DNA of 64,000 nt from Eledone cirrhosa (GCA_964016885.1 OZ024751.1:15686001-15750000), one strand, 5' to 3'; counted from the first letter of the stretch, positions 42,193 to 55,064 are shown. Notes: generated by a model from the sequence alone, not told the origin. A program made the numbers and translations.

Positions 42193-42729
42193 TGCAGAGT
42201 AAATATAGTAGTTGTTGTGGTCGCATGGCGTCAGTAGGTTTTAGACATGGTAGCGGCAGATATGTAGTATTAATAGCAGCCGTAGTTTAATGGCGGCCGT
42301 AAAAGGATAAGATATTAACCTCACGTTTGAAGTATCACGATTTCGTATCTCATTAATGTCACTGATATCGAAAAGAGTCATATTGAAGTGTGTGCTATAA
42401 CTCTTATCTCTATGTTTCCTTTTTAATCCGATAGTAAAGCTTGTCTCTGACTACCGACATTATTACCAATCAAAGGAAATTGCGATGTTTTCTGATCTAG
42501 AAGCATACGTCTGACAAATTCTTTCGAATGTATTAAATACATTTAGTAGCTAGGTTACTTTAGATATTATTTATATTATAATAGATTATATATATCTTGT
42601 ATGAGATAACGACATTTCACTTTAACGTTTTCTTATTGCATATCAAACGTTACGAATAACCCACACTATGTATGTATATATATAACCTAATATAACTGTG
42701 TAATTATACTTTTGTTTAGTTTCATTTAT

Positions 42730-43226
<497 letters not shown>

Positions 43227-43275
43227 AACTCAAATATGCTGCTATATATATTTTAGTCTTCAAATTTATTATTAT

Positions 43276-43327
<52 letters not shown>

Positions 43328-43704
43328 TTATATATATAATACTAATTTTAGGTTTAATCAATATATATAAGATATATCTCAATAATGTTTCTCAGTACAA
43401 AACTTCATAACTTCAGTTCGGAGCATCAATCATACAAGTTTAAACGATATATAACAGGATATATCAAGTGAGAAACTGGTGGTATTTTGTACATATATAC
43501 AGAACAAATAAAATGTAAATAAATATACATGCTTCAAGATGGTATAATGGTACACAGTTCCATAGACAGATCTGTTTCTAGAAACAGAAAAAGAAGCAAA
43601 CCATCGACCATAGTAATGCGTATCAATCACTAATTATCGATTTTGGTAATAAGCATCCTGAGACCTTGATTTCCGTCATTAGTAAGGTTCGGTCCATATA
43701 TAAA

Positions 43705-43771
<67 letters not shown>

Positions 43772-43809
43772 CATGTAAGTTACTTTTGAAACAGTGAGCA
43801 GGTTTGAAA

Positions 43810-44000
43810 TTAGAAAATAGAATAGCTTTCACCGTATTTTTGACTAAAGGAATTTTAGCCTGATAATGGGGTTTAGAACCCTCAGATAAACCGAAAAAGA
43901 TGGGGTACGTCAATACTCATCTTTTTCCATTTATCTGAGGGTTCTAAACCCCATTATCAGGCTAAAATTCTTTTAGTCAAAAATACGGTGAAAGCTATTC

Positions 44001-44010
<10 letters not shown>
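43810..44010. mobile_element. ~200-bp palindromic (MITE-like) element in (TA)n
   Basis: Near-perfect arms ttagaaaatagaatagctttcaccg.. / ..cggtgaaagctattctattttctaa. Confidence 0.75.
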
Positions 44011-44081
<71 letters not shown>

Positions 44082-44294
44082 ATATATATGTATAAATAAA
44101 CACAGTAAATTTCGTGTCTAAAATCACGAGGGTATAAGATGCCACTAATGTTTTAAATATTTAATCTTAACCATATGGGATAAGGCTATTATTTATAACA
44201 TAACTATTCATACCACGTATAGCGTGCAGACCACGAGGAACATATCTTTGGTCCTCAAATTGCTGTTAGAGGTGTTTTGTTTCATTTGATCTAT

Positions 44295-44380
44295 CTTTCG
44301 CTGACGATAGCCTACAGATTATCTGTCACAAACACAATTTTTCAGGGCGAAACAGATTAAGTCAAAAATCTGTCTGAGAG
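44295..44380 (+). ncRNA. Type-I hammerhead ribozyme with enlarged stem II (GUC site)
   Basis: ctttcg-CTGACGA-tagcc..(acaga tta tctgt)..ggc-GAAA-cagatt..aatctg-TC-tgagag. Confidence 0.65.
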
Positions 44381-44403
44381 TATAACATTAATATATCATA
44401 CTG

Positions 44404-44590
44404 GGCGGTGGATTGGTAGTATCAGTAGAGGGTCGGACGCCATGCTTTCCAGCATAGTTACGTCCCTTTATGATCTGAGTTCAAATCCCGCCGAGGTTGA
44501 CTTTGCCTTTCATCCTTACGGGGTCGATAAAATAAAGTACCAGTAATGCACTGGGTAATTTGCTGGCCTTGTGCCTAAAGTAGAAACAAT
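44404..44590 (+). mobile_element. Full-length tRNA-derived SINE with ~17-bp target-site duplication
   Basis: attaatatatcatactg at 44387-44403 and 44589-44605; A/B boxes present. Confidence 0.92.
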
Positions 44591-44706
44591 TAATATATCA
44601 TACTGTATGGTTAAGATTAAATATTTAGAACATTAGTGGTATCCCATACTCTCGTAATTTTAGACGCGAAATTTACTGTGTTTATTTATACATATATATT
44701 ACTATA

Positions 44707-44800
44707 TAATTGTTTCTACTTTAGGCACAAGGCCAGCAATTACCCAGTGCATTACTGGTACTTTATTTTATCGACCCCGTAAGGATGAAAGGCAAAGTCA
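44707..44800 (-). mobile_element. 5'-truncated SINE
   Basis: Tail and body signature; ttactatataat flanks both sides. Confidence 0.85.
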
Positions 44801-44907
44801 ATTACTATATAATGCTCGGTATTTATACTTTGAGCTTGTTTTAATTACAGGGTACCTATATGAGTTAATAACTCTGTATTTTATTTGTATATATATATAT
44901 ATATATA

Positions 44908-45165
44908 TATTTCGTTTCTGAATTTGTTTAGCAAGATTCTTTATCTGAAAACGTGTGTTGAAACCGATATTGTTATGCTTTGGAAGGGTCATGTTGCCAA
45001 TAAGAAACACACGCAGCAGTTGCTTTCACTTCAATTTATTATAAATTAAATTTATAAATTTAGGAATTTATAAATTTCCGGTTGGTTGGTTCCACAACCA
45101 GACGATTGTTCATATATTGTCAAAGTTCTTTCGTCACACATTCTGTGACCTCTTCAGTCACAAAT
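44908..45165 (-). mobile_element. Solo pseudo-LTR of the PLE family, with HHR at 45117-45163
   Basis: Matches 54718-54980 and ends at the same cagaaacgaaat|(TA)n point; stem I has a mismatch. Confidence 0.88.
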
Positions 45166-45919
45166 AATATGTTGATATCTTGGTTGAAGAATAATTAGTG
45201 CATTTACACCCAGTTATACATAGGTATATATTTATCCTTAACATCCTTCAATATATTATCTTATTTTATTTTTATCTTCGTCGTTATTATTTACCTTAAA
45301 CATACTGGCTCATTAATATATACCTATATACATAATAGTTATTTAAATATTTAAAACAATAAGTACTTCAAAAGCTTTACATACCTAATATGTTGGTATA
45401 TTTGTTAAAGTTTAAATTTAGGTAAATAATCAACAGTATAATATTTCATTCTTTATGTGCCAGCTAAATCCTTTAAATATTACCCTCATAAAATTCAGAA
45501 GCTTAGAAATGATAACACACTTATCGAATTTATATAAATAATATATAAATAACCAGCAAATAATCCTGAAATCTGGAGTCTTCACCCTAATATTATAAAT
45601 TAAATATTTTCAAATTTAACCGTTTAACTTTCGAAAAATTATATCACCCCCGCCACACTTTATTTTTCCCTCTTTATAAATCCTTTTCCAGTGGCTATCA
45701 CTGGCTGTTATGATTCATGAGACGTTTTCCTAGATATATCGTAGTATCATACACTTTAAAACTTTTAGAACACTTACAGTATGCAACGTTCTTTATTACT
45801 CACACATTCTCTAATGAATTTATTACATTTTCGCATTTTCTCATAAATAGGATACAAGTAAAATTACCTTGATTAAATCTTAACGATTTAACATCTCAGG
45901 GTATGTCATGTATCATTAT

Positions 45920-45972
45920 ATTTTGTCTGATGAGGACGTACTGTTGTACATCCGAAATATGTATAATAAAAT
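45920..45972 (+). ncRNA. Minimal type-I hammerhead ribozyme, followed by a pLTR-like tail to ~46115
   Basis: attttgt-CTGATGA-ggacgtactgttgtacatcc-GAAA-tatgta-TA-ataaaat; tail actccag..ttgagtgc. Confidence 0.8.
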
Positions 45973-46147
45973 GTAATTGATCAAAAGAACATCTATTTTA
46001 TTAATACTTATATTTAATATTAATAACTCCAGAAAATTATTTTCACGTTGAGTGCTTCCAATCTACTGTAAAACTCATTCTTTGACATAATCATTGAATA
46101 TTGTCTAACACTTTAATATATATATATATATATATATATTGTATACT

Positions 46148-46187
<40 letters not shown>

Positions 46188-46680
46188 AATCATAATGGTG
46201 AGATGTGTTGGTGCAATTAAGTATAATGGAAAATAAGAAATTAGAAGTCAGGATTATCCATCAACAGTTGTCTACCAGGCATCATAGGTTTTCTTCGCGC
46301 TAGAGACAAGATACCTCGGCCTAGTGCGAAACAATAACTAAAGTAAGTTATTGGGATAAAAAGAAGTGGGTGGAGAAAGAGAAGGACTTGTAAACAGACA
46401 CGATCGGTGAAGCAACGTAAAGAGAGGAAAAAAAGGAAAAAATCAAGTCAATAATTCATTTCGAATTATAACGAGGAGAAGAGTACGTCTTGACCGTGCG
46501 GGTGTGAGCGAGAAGAAAGACCGCGTACAGCGTTGGACGATGGGGGAAGTGAGAGAGAGGGTGAGTGGCAGAGAGTGAGTGAGTGAAAGTGCGAGGAAGA
46601 GGCTAGCCGAGAGAGGGTAACTAGCAGAGGGGGTGAGTAAAAGTAAGAGGGAGAAGGGGGAAGAGAGAGAGGATAGTAAA

Positions 46681-46866
46681 TGGATTGGCAGTATCAGTAG
46701 AGGGTCAGACACCATGCTTTGCAGTATAGAGTTACATCCCTTTACATTCTGAGTTCAAATCCCGCCGAGGTTAACTTTGCCTTTCACCCATACGGGGTCG
46801 ATAAAATATAGTACCAGTAATACACTGGGATAATTGTTGGCCTTGTGCCAAAGATAGAAACAATTA
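46681..46866 (+). mobile_element. tRNA-derived SINE
   Basis: A/B boxes, body and tail present. Confidence 0.88.
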
Positions 46867-46870
46867 TTCA

Positions 46871-47239
46871 TCTATACTAAATCTGAGACACTGAATAGCT
46901 GTATTCCTTCAACACTATCTATCTAAAACAGAGAATGTTTGTCTGTCTCTCTGAGTCGCTAAAACTCGAGAACCACCAAACCGATTGTTTTCAAACTTTA
47001 CACATGTAATACTTACGGTCCTGTGAGTGTTTTGAGCAAAAAGTATTTCAAATTTTCAATGCCCTAGGGACAGCGTTGGGCGAGTTAGCGATCTCTCTCT
47101 ATAATTCTTAGTGTTTCTTTTTAGATAGATACATAGATATAACGTACGCCCTTATAATATCTGTCTGTATATCTGGCTGTCTGCATTACGACATTATGAC
47201 GTTATATATGTGTGTGTGTGTATATATGTATATATAGTG

Positions 47240-47285
<46 letters not shown>

Positions 47286-47585
47286 GTGTAACGTTTTTCG
47301 AAATATTTACTTCTGCGTTCACAGATTGATTTTTTTAGTTTCAGAAGATCCCGTAAGGGTGAGAGCAGCGATTCTTTGCTTAAACTTTAAAACTTTAATC
47401 TGTTATTTTAATATATATATATATATATATATATAATTATATATTCATGTACAGATATTTTTGCATACACAATAACAAAATATAAACAAACGTATTTATT
47501 TCACGAGGCTCGATAAGGATAAATATATATCAAATATATAAGAACCTTAGAGCAAATCCCGAGCAACGCCGGGCCATTCTGCTAG
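46871..47585 (+). mobile_element. Non-autonomous Helitron
   Basis: 5' A|TC start (46871 or ~46918) with a gtttgtctgtc..accgattg motif; 3' hairpin cccgagcaacgccggg followed by CTAG|T. Confidence 0.7.
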
Positions 47586-48160
47586 TTTCATTCTAAATCA
47601 GCTTAAACAAAGCGTGAATCATTTAGTATATATTGCAAAAATAAAATACATCAGTTTCTTTCGTGTATGGCTTTCGTTATCTCATCGGTATTGTCATCAT
47701 ACTTTACCTTTGTTTGGTAGATATTTCTATATTTAAGGAATCGTGCCAGAAATAACTGTAGATTTCATTAGCTATACATGCATACATACAGACATACATA
47801 CAGACATACATACATACATGTATGTATACATATACATACATACACAATACATACATGCATACATGTATCTATACATATACATACATACATACATAATACA
47901 TACATACATGTATGTATACATATACATATACATACATAATACATACATACATGTATGCATACATATACATACATACATAATACATACATACATAATATAT
48001 ACATACATACATTATACATACATATATACATACATACATACATAGATACATACATGCATAATACATACATGCATGCATATATATATATATATAACAATTT
48101 AAATAGAACTTTTACACACATATATATATATACACATATACATACATACATTATATATAC

Positions 48161-48196
<36 letters not shown>

Positions 48197-48197
48197 A

Positions 48198-48266
48198 TAA
48201 TTGTTTCTACGTTAGGCCCAAGGCCAGCAATTATCCAGTGTATTACTGGTACTTTATTTTATCGAC
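48198..48266 (-). mobile_element. SINE 3' fragment
   Basis: Tail signature. Confidence 0.75.
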
Positions 48267-48479
48267 TAAAATCCAAAGAGGGCTCGATAAATAAATAAAT
48301 AAATATATATATATATATATATATTGTTATACTTTGGGAGGGTCATGTTGCCAATAAGAAACACACGCACCAGTTGCTTTCACTTCAATTTAATTTATTA
48401 AATATTTATAAATTTACAAATTTATAAATTTCTGGTTGGTTGGTTGGTTCCACAACCAGATAGTTGTTTATATATATAT

Positions 48480-48524
48480 AGTCATAGTTCTTTCGTCACA
48501 CACTCTGTGACCTCTTCAGTGACT
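48480..48524 (-). ncRNA. Minimal HHR in the inverted pseudo-LTR
   Basis: Reverse complement of 54718-54762. Confidence 0.85.
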
Positions 48525-48810
48525 GGGGATTTCTTTCTTCGTTTCTGTGCCTTTCCTTTCTTCTATCCTACGCCATTTTGTTTGTGTGTGGGTTGCGTGC
48601 TCAGTTTGCGCATGCGCCACATCCGGGTGTCTGTGTGTGTTTGTGTTCATTTTTCTATTTTTCTATTTATATTTTTTTTTTATTTGTTTGTTTATTTATT
48701 TATTTATTGTTGGTTGGTTGTTTGTTCTATGTGTGTGTGTGTTTTCATTTTGTGTGTGTTTTCAATTGTAAGTTGTTTGTTCGATGTGTGTGTGTGTTTT
48801 CATTTTGTCC

Positions 48811-50463
48811 TTAATTGTAAGTTGTGATGTTGCTGTTCCACTCATATTTTCTATTTAATTTTGGTTTTAATTCTTTTATGCTTACTGCCTCTGTAATTTG
48901 CCTAAACATTGCGTCTTTCTTGTGTGTGGATTCTATTTTTATTTCTATGCTCTCTAATTTACCCCTGTGTTCTATCTTAGCATGTTGGTAGAGCACAGAT
49001 GATTCTTTATTATCTTGGAGGTCTCGCCAGTGTTCATTTATTCGTTCCCCTATACTACGAGCTGTCTCACCTATGTACACTACATTTTTGTTTCTACATT
49101 GTCCTTCAGTACATCTTATGCTATATACTACATTTCTAGTTTTACAGTTAATATGGGGGCTTATTTTACAGGTTATACATTTCTTATCTATACATGAGGG
49201 TCTTTGGAACGGGTATGTCTTGCTAATAAGTGTTTTTACGGAGGTACCAGGTCTTTCTACTATCTTAATATTGAGGTTATGTTTCTTTAGGGCCCTTCTA
49301 AATTTGTAGGCTAGTTCGCCTCTAGGGGTTGTATTGATGAACATTACACTCTGGTATTTATTGCTATCATACCATGAGTTTATTCTATTGGCCTTGTTCT
49401 TAGTTCTTTCTATTCTATTCCAAAATTTGCTCCTATACAAGGGGCAGGTCCCATTTATGTCATTATTTACCATTTTTTCCCATTTGGTTCTGGCTCCTTT
49501 ATACACTCTGATTCTATCTCTCTGATTGTAGCCAGAGAACTGCATACGGTGGATGAAGTGTTGTATGTGTCTCTCTAGTTCTTCGGGGTTGCACATGCGG
49601 GACACATTTCTCATCACCCGTACCAAATCCGCAATCAGTATGTTGATTTTGGTATGGTCCGAAATGGCCGAGTTTCGGTGGATCAGATGTTTGGAAGTCA
49701 TGGGTTTGGCATAATGGGAATGGAGGATTTGTTTTTGGTTGTTAATAGTATCTAACCAGAGCTCTGTGTCTAGTACAGGTAATCGATGGTTGGGGTGTCT
49801 ACTTGGGTAGTCTATAGTAACTCTAATGCTCTGGTGGATGGAGTTTGCTATTTGCTGGATGCTTTCCATTGTGTTTTTCTCTAGTTCCTGACTGTTCTTT
49901 AGTGGGGGTGTCTTAACTACGATGTTTATATCATCTACGTAGCGGGAGTACATTATCAGGGTTAAGCTGTCTTCTAATTGTTCATTAAGTTTTTGTTTAA
50001 GTCTACTGTCCCACCATACCATGAATAAGTTAGCTATGTCGCCTGCAATGCTAACACCAATGGCTGCTCCTTCCTCTTGGGCATATGTTTTACCATTAAA
50101 TTTGAACATATGTTCCTTAAGGGTTAGTTTTATGCTGGCCCCTACCGCATGTGCAATCATTTTCTTCAGTTCATCATGGTTTTCGGGTGTCCGTATGGCT
50201 CTGGTCCACCCGTTCCATCTATCTGTGTGGGTTTTCTTGGCCATTGAGGTAATGGTAGGTGGTCTGCCTCTTGCTGGTCTTGTAGGGCACAGGTTGCTAA
50301 GGTCATAAGTGTCTAGGTAACTATTACTATGGGTAAGCTTAAGTAGAAGTCCCAGCTCACTGGTATCAATCCCACGGAACTCAACCTTGCTCTCGCTGAT
50401 CATTTCGACGCATTTCTCCACAGCAAAATCCACGTCAATAGATGGATACAGGGACACAACATC
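48811..50463 (-). pseudogene. Inverted partial PLE ORF (RT from DVVSLYP through GIY-YIG)
   Basis: Translation matches the C-terminal ~550 aa of the forward ORF. Confidence 0.9.
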
Positions 50464-50594
50464 TTTTGACGAAAGAACTATGACTATATATATATAAACA
50501 ACTATCTGGTTGTGGAACCAACCAACCAACCAGAAATTTATAAATTTGTAAATTTATAAATATTTAATAAATTAAATTGAAGTGAAAGCAACTG

Positions 50595-53500
50595 GTGCGT
50601 GTGTTTCTTATTGGCAACATGACCCTCCCAAAGTATAACAATATCGGTTTCAACACACGATTTCAGATAAAGAATCTTGCTAAACAAATTCAGAAACGAA
50701 ATATCGTAAGCCTTAGCCAGGCTAACAAGATACTGAAAACCACCATGTTCTGTTGTCTACGAAAAACCATAACATCTCGACAACTACACTTCATAAAACT
50801 GTGCACCACTTCTAGAATCTACACCAACACCATCAATACCGACGTTAGAAGATTACAACTCACCAAAAAACAAGCAGATAGGCTAAAACGAACTTTAATT
50901 CTAAACATAAAAAAGAAGATCTATAGAGAATTAAGTCATCAAGAAAAACTAAAGCGTAACCTAATAGATGAAATATCTAAAATCACCACACCAGCAGAAA
51001 AACTAACATTTATAAGCCTTATACGACCCGAAGAACAGTACATTACTCAAGAATGTAATAAGCACTTTAACAGAAAATTAAAGTGGCTTAAACAGGCAAT
51101 GCTAAATCGGGATACTATAGAGTATACCAATAGATATCCCAACAAAATTGACGGTATCAACATGGCCGACACCTCATTATCTGAAGAGTTCAACAATGAA
51201 AATACCAACATCTATGGAAACACGGAAATAGATAATAATGAAATGTCTGTGTTACGTCTGCCACCCAAATTTGCGACATTCAAGAAGGTAAATATGATTA
51301 GTTGTCTGTCAGAAATAGAAAAATCATTTACGAAACTACGCTGGAGCATCAAAAACAAAAACAAAAGCAACAATATACGCACACACATATACAACACACA
51401 TCCCAACAACAACAGACACACAGGCACAAACAACAATAACAACAACAATAGCAACATACCCAGATACAACAACAACAATAGCAACATACCCAGATACAAC
51501 AGACACGCAGACACAAACAACAATAACAACACACACGGAGACAATAATAACAACAACACACACATCAACAACAACAACAATAGCAACATACCCAGATACA
51601 ACAACAACAGACACGCAAACACAAACAACAATAACAACACACACAACAACGATAACACACACACACACGGAGACAACAACAACACACATCAACAACAACA
51701 CACATCAACAACAACAACAACACACACGCATTCAATGCCTCTCACCACAATCTTAACAAACACACAGACACAGAAAACAAGTAATGACAGTAGCACAGAA
51801 ATCAGAGAAATAAGAGAAAGTAATAGGATTAAAAGGAGAAGGGAGACTAAGGACAAAGAGAATAACAAAGACGAACACACAGACACACAAAATAGGGTAG
51901 ATAACAACATTGAGCCAGTGGAAAGAGACAGGAGTAATTATGAGAGACATAGAAACAACCATGAAGCTGAGGCTGCTGCTGTTGGTGGAAATAGAAACAA
52001 CACAACTAACAATAACAATAGCACTAGTACACATAAAGCAGCAGCCTGGAACTCTCCGTTTTATAACCCCTCCGATAAATCATTCGACCTACGACGAGTC
52101 CACGCCACGACTTTGCCATTTAACAAACGCACGCAGTTGCCGTCGCAGGTCGATGAACAAACAGAGGCACAATTTAGTATAGCTAAATCCGAACTTAGAA
52201 ATATTATAGAAGAGTATAGCAAGAAGCATAATAGAATAGAGGCCCAGCAACTGGGAGAAGAATCTGCAAATGGCTTGCGTAAGCTCATGCAGCGCTCGCG
52301 TAATGGAGAGATAGCATGCTTTCCAACAGACAAGTCTGGCAGAATGTCGGTTGACAGCCTGCCAAACTACATCCAGGCAATGCAACCCCACATCACTAAC
52401 ACAAGAGAGGTAACACCACAGGAGCATGAGGATAGAGAAAAAACCCTCAATGCCCATATGGTGATGTGGACAAATATAATGCAGCCCAACAAAAGGACTG
52501 CCAACAACTTCCAGGCCTGGAACAATGACGTGCCGGCGTTGTATGGGCTTCGTAAAGACCATAAAACAGGCTGGGACCCTGTCGCGGGACCACCAACACG
52601 GCCAGTCTGTGGGGCTAACATTGCTAGTAACTACAGACTGTCCTACTTCCTCTCCCTGATCATACGCCCCATCATTGAGATGTCCCCAGATGTGTGTGAC
52701 AGCACGGAGGACCTCCTCAGCAGAATCGGCGCGGGTAACCGATCTGGGGACCTAACAAACTGCATAATAGGCAGTATGGATGTTGTGTCCCTGTATCCAT
52801 CTATTGACGTGGATTTTGCTGTGGAGAAATGCGTCGAAATGATCAGCGAGAGCAAGGTTGAGTTCCGTGGGATTGATACCAGTGAGCTGGGACTTCTACT
52901 TAAGCTTACCCATAGTAATAGTTACCTAGACACTTATGACCTTAGCAACCTGTGCCCTACAAGACCAGCAAGAGGCAGACCACCTACCATTACCTCAATG
53001 GCCAAGAAAACCCACACAGATAGATGGAACGGGTGGACCAGAGCCATACGGACACCCGAAAACCATGATGAACTGAAGAAAATGATTGCACATGCGGTAG
53101 GGGCCAGCATAAAACTAACCCTTAAGGAACATATGTTCAAATTTAATGGTAAAACATATGCCCAAGAGGAAGGAGCAGCCATTGGTGTTAGCATTGCAGG
53201 CGACATAGCTAACTTATTCATGGTATGGTGGGACAGTAGACTTAAACAAAAACTTAATGAACAATTAGAAGACAGCTTAACCCTGATAATGTACTCCCGC
53301 TACGTAGATGATATAAACATCGTAGTTAAGACACCCCCACTAAAGAACAGTCAGGAACTAGAGAAAAACACAATGGAAAGCATCCAGCAAATAGCAAACT
53401 CCATCCACCAGAGCATTAGAGTTACTATAGACTACCCAAGTAGACACCCCAACCATCGATTACCTGTACTAGACACAGAGCTCTGGTTAGATACTATTAA

Positions 53501-54431
53501 CAACCAAAAACAAATCCTCCATTCCCATTATGCCAAACCCATGACTTCCAAACATCTGATCCACCGAAACTCGGCCATTTCGGACCATACCAAAATCAAC
53601 ATACTGATTGCGGATTTGGTACGGGTGATGAGAAATGTGTCCCGCATGTGCAACCCCGAAGAACTAGAGAGACACATACAACACTTCATCCACCGTATGC
53701 AGTTCTCTGGCTACAATCAGAGAGATAGAATCAGAGTGTATAAAGGAGCCAGAACCAAATGGGAAAAAATGGTAAATAATGACATAAATGGGACCTGCCC
53801 CTTGTATAGGAGCAAATTTTGGAATAGAATAGAAAGAACTAAGAACAAGGCCAATAGAATAAACTCATGGTATGATAGCAATAAATACCAGAGTGTAATG
53901 TTCATCAATACAACCCCTAGAGGCGAACTAGCCTACAAATTTAGAAGGGCCCTAAAGAAACATAACCTCAATATTAAGATAGTAGAAAGACCTGGTACCT
54001 CCGTAAAAACACTTATTAGCAAGACATACCCGTTCCAAAGACCCTCATGTATAGATAAGAAATGTATAACCTGTAAAATAAGCCCCCATATTAACTGTAA
54101 AACTAGAAATGTAGTATATAGCATAAGATGTACTGAAGGACAATGTAGAAACAAAAATGTAGTGTACATAGGTGAGACAGCTCGTAGTATAGGGGAACGA
54201 ATAAATGAACACTGGCGAGACCTCCAAGATAATAAAGAATCATCTGTGCTCTACCAACATGCTAAGATAGAACACAGGGGTAAATTAGAGAGCATAGAAA
54301 TAAAAATAGAATCCACACACAAGAAAGACGCAATGTTTAGGCAAATTACAGAGGCAGTAAGCATAAAAGAATTAAAACCAAAATTAAATAGAAAATATGA
54401 GTGGAACAGCAACATCACAACTTACAATTAA
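50595..54431 (+). CDS. PLE polyprotein: reverse transcriptase + Cys-rich linker + GIY-YIG endonuclease (first ATG at 50619)
   Basis: 1278-aa open frame; TDKSG, LYGLRKDHK..RPV, DVVSLYP, GAAIG, RYVDD, LPVLD; C-x4-C-x2-C linker; VVYSIRC..YIGET.R...R..EH. Confidence 0.95.
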   Translation: MRVFLIGNMTLPKYNNIGFNTRFQIKNLAKQIQKRNIVSLSQANKILKTTMFCCLRKTITSRQLHFIKLCTTSRIYTNTINTDVRRLQLTKKQADRLKRTLILNIKKKIYRELSHQEKLKRNLIDEISKITTPAEKLTFISLIRPEEQYITQECNKHFNRKLKWLKQAMLNRDTIEYTNRYPNKIDGINMADTSLSEEFNNENTNIYGNTEIDNNEMSVLRLPPKFATFKKVNMISCLSEIEKSFTKLRWSIKNKNKSNNIRTHIYNTHPNNNRHTGTNNNNNNNSNIPRYNNNNSNIPRYNRHADTNNNNNTHGDNNNNNTHINNNNNSNIPRYNNNRHANTNNNNNTHNNDNTHTHGDNNNTHQQQHTSTTTTTHTHSMPLTTILTNTQTQKTSNDSSTEIREIRESNRIKRRRETKDKENNKDEHTDTQNRVDNNIEPVERDRSNYERHRNNHEAEAAAVGGNRNNTTNNNNSTSTHKAAAWNSPFYNPSDKSFDLRRVHATTLPFNKRTQLPSQVDEQTEAQFSIAKSELRNIIEEYSKKHNRIEAQQLGEESANGLRKLMQRSRNGEIACFPTDKSGRMSVDSLPNYIQAMQPHITNTREVTPQEHEDREKTLNAHMVMWTNIMQPNKRTANNFQAWNNDVPALYGLRKDHKTGWDPVAGPPTRPVCGANIASNYRLSYFLSLIIRPIIEMSPDVCDSTEDLLSRIGAGNRSGDLTNCIIGSMDVVSLYPSIDVDFAVEKCVEMISESKVEFRGIDTSELGLLLKLTHSNSYLDTYDLSNLCPTRPARGRPPTITSMAKKTHTDRWNGWTRAIRTPENHDELKKMIAHAVGASIKLTLKEHMFKFNGKTYAQEEGAAIGVSIAGDIANLFMVWWDSRLKQKLNEQLEDSLTLIMYSRYVDDINIVVKTPPLKNSQELEKNTMESIQQIANSIHQSIRVTIDYPSRHPNHRLPVLDTELWLDTINNQKQILHSHYAKPMTSKHLIHRNSAISDHTKINILIADLVRVMRNVSRMCNPEELERHIQHFIHRMQFSGYNQRDRIRVYKGARTKWEKMVNNDINGTCPLYRSKFWNRIERTKNKANRINSWYDSNKYQSVMFINTTPRGELAYKFRRALKKHNLNIKIVERPGTSVKTLISKTYPFQRPSCIDKKCITCKISPHINCKTRNVVYSIRCTEGQCRNKNVVYIGETARSIGERINEHWRDLQDNKESSVLYQHAKIEHRGKLESIEIKIESTHKKDAMFRQITEAVSIKELKPKLNRKYEWNSNITTYN

Positions 54432-54717
54432 GGACAAAATGAAAACACACACACACATCGAACAAACAACTTACAATTGAAAACACACACAAAATGAAAA
54501 CACACACACACATAGAACAAACAACCAACCAACAATAAATAAATAAATAAACAAACAAATAAAAAAAAAATATAAATAGAAAAATAGAAAAATGAACACA
54601 AACACACACAGACACCCGGATGTGGCGCATGCGCAAACTGAGCACGCAACCCACACACAAACAAAATGGCGTAGGATAGAAGAAAGGAAAGGCACAGAAA
54701 CGAAGAAAGAAATCCCC

Positions 54718-54762
54718 AGTCACTGAAGAGGTCACAGAGTGTGTGACGAAAGAACTATGACT
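54718..54762 (+). ncRNA. Minimal type-I HHR in the 3' pseudo-LTR (CUA site)
   Basis: agtca-CTGAAGA-ggtcacagagtgtgtgac-GAAA-gaac-TA-tgact. Confidence 0.88.
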
Positions 54763-54975
54763 ATATATATATAAACAACTATCTGGTTGTGGAACCAACC
54801 AACCAACCAGAAATTTATAAATTTGTAAATTTATAAATATTTAATAAATTAAATTGAAGTGAAAGCAACTGGTGCGTGTGTTTCTTATTGGCAACATGAC
54901 CCTCCCAAAGTATAACAATATCGGTTTCAACACACGATTTCAGATAAAGAATCTTGCTAAACAAATTCAGAAACG

Positions 54976-55064
<89 letters not shown>

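Larger units (their letters stand above)
44082..44700. mobile_element. Fold-back element (~90-bp inverted arms) with an internal HHR and a nested SINE
   Basis: Arms 44082-44174 and 44607-44699; HHR at 44295-44380. Confidence 0.72.
48324..54980 (+). mobile_element. Penelope-like retroelement: full-length copy (50467-54980) preceded by an inverted 5'-truncated copy (48324-50463), inserted in (TA)n
   Basis: 48324-50463 is the reverse complement of 52779-54918; direct repeat 50467-50703 = 54745-54980; (TA)n at both ends. Confidence 0.96.

Noticed and set aside
44404-44500. tRNA genes at A/B-box motifs
   Set aside because: No cloverleaf; these are SINE heads.
48811-50529. 572-aa minus-strand ORF as an independent gene
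   Set aside because: It is the inverted PLE fragment fused by chance to antisense pLTR; TTG start; lacks the N-terminal RT motifs.
50595-54431. Selenoprotein-type PLE (as in some Naiad elements)
   Set aside because: No in-frame TGA in the ORF.
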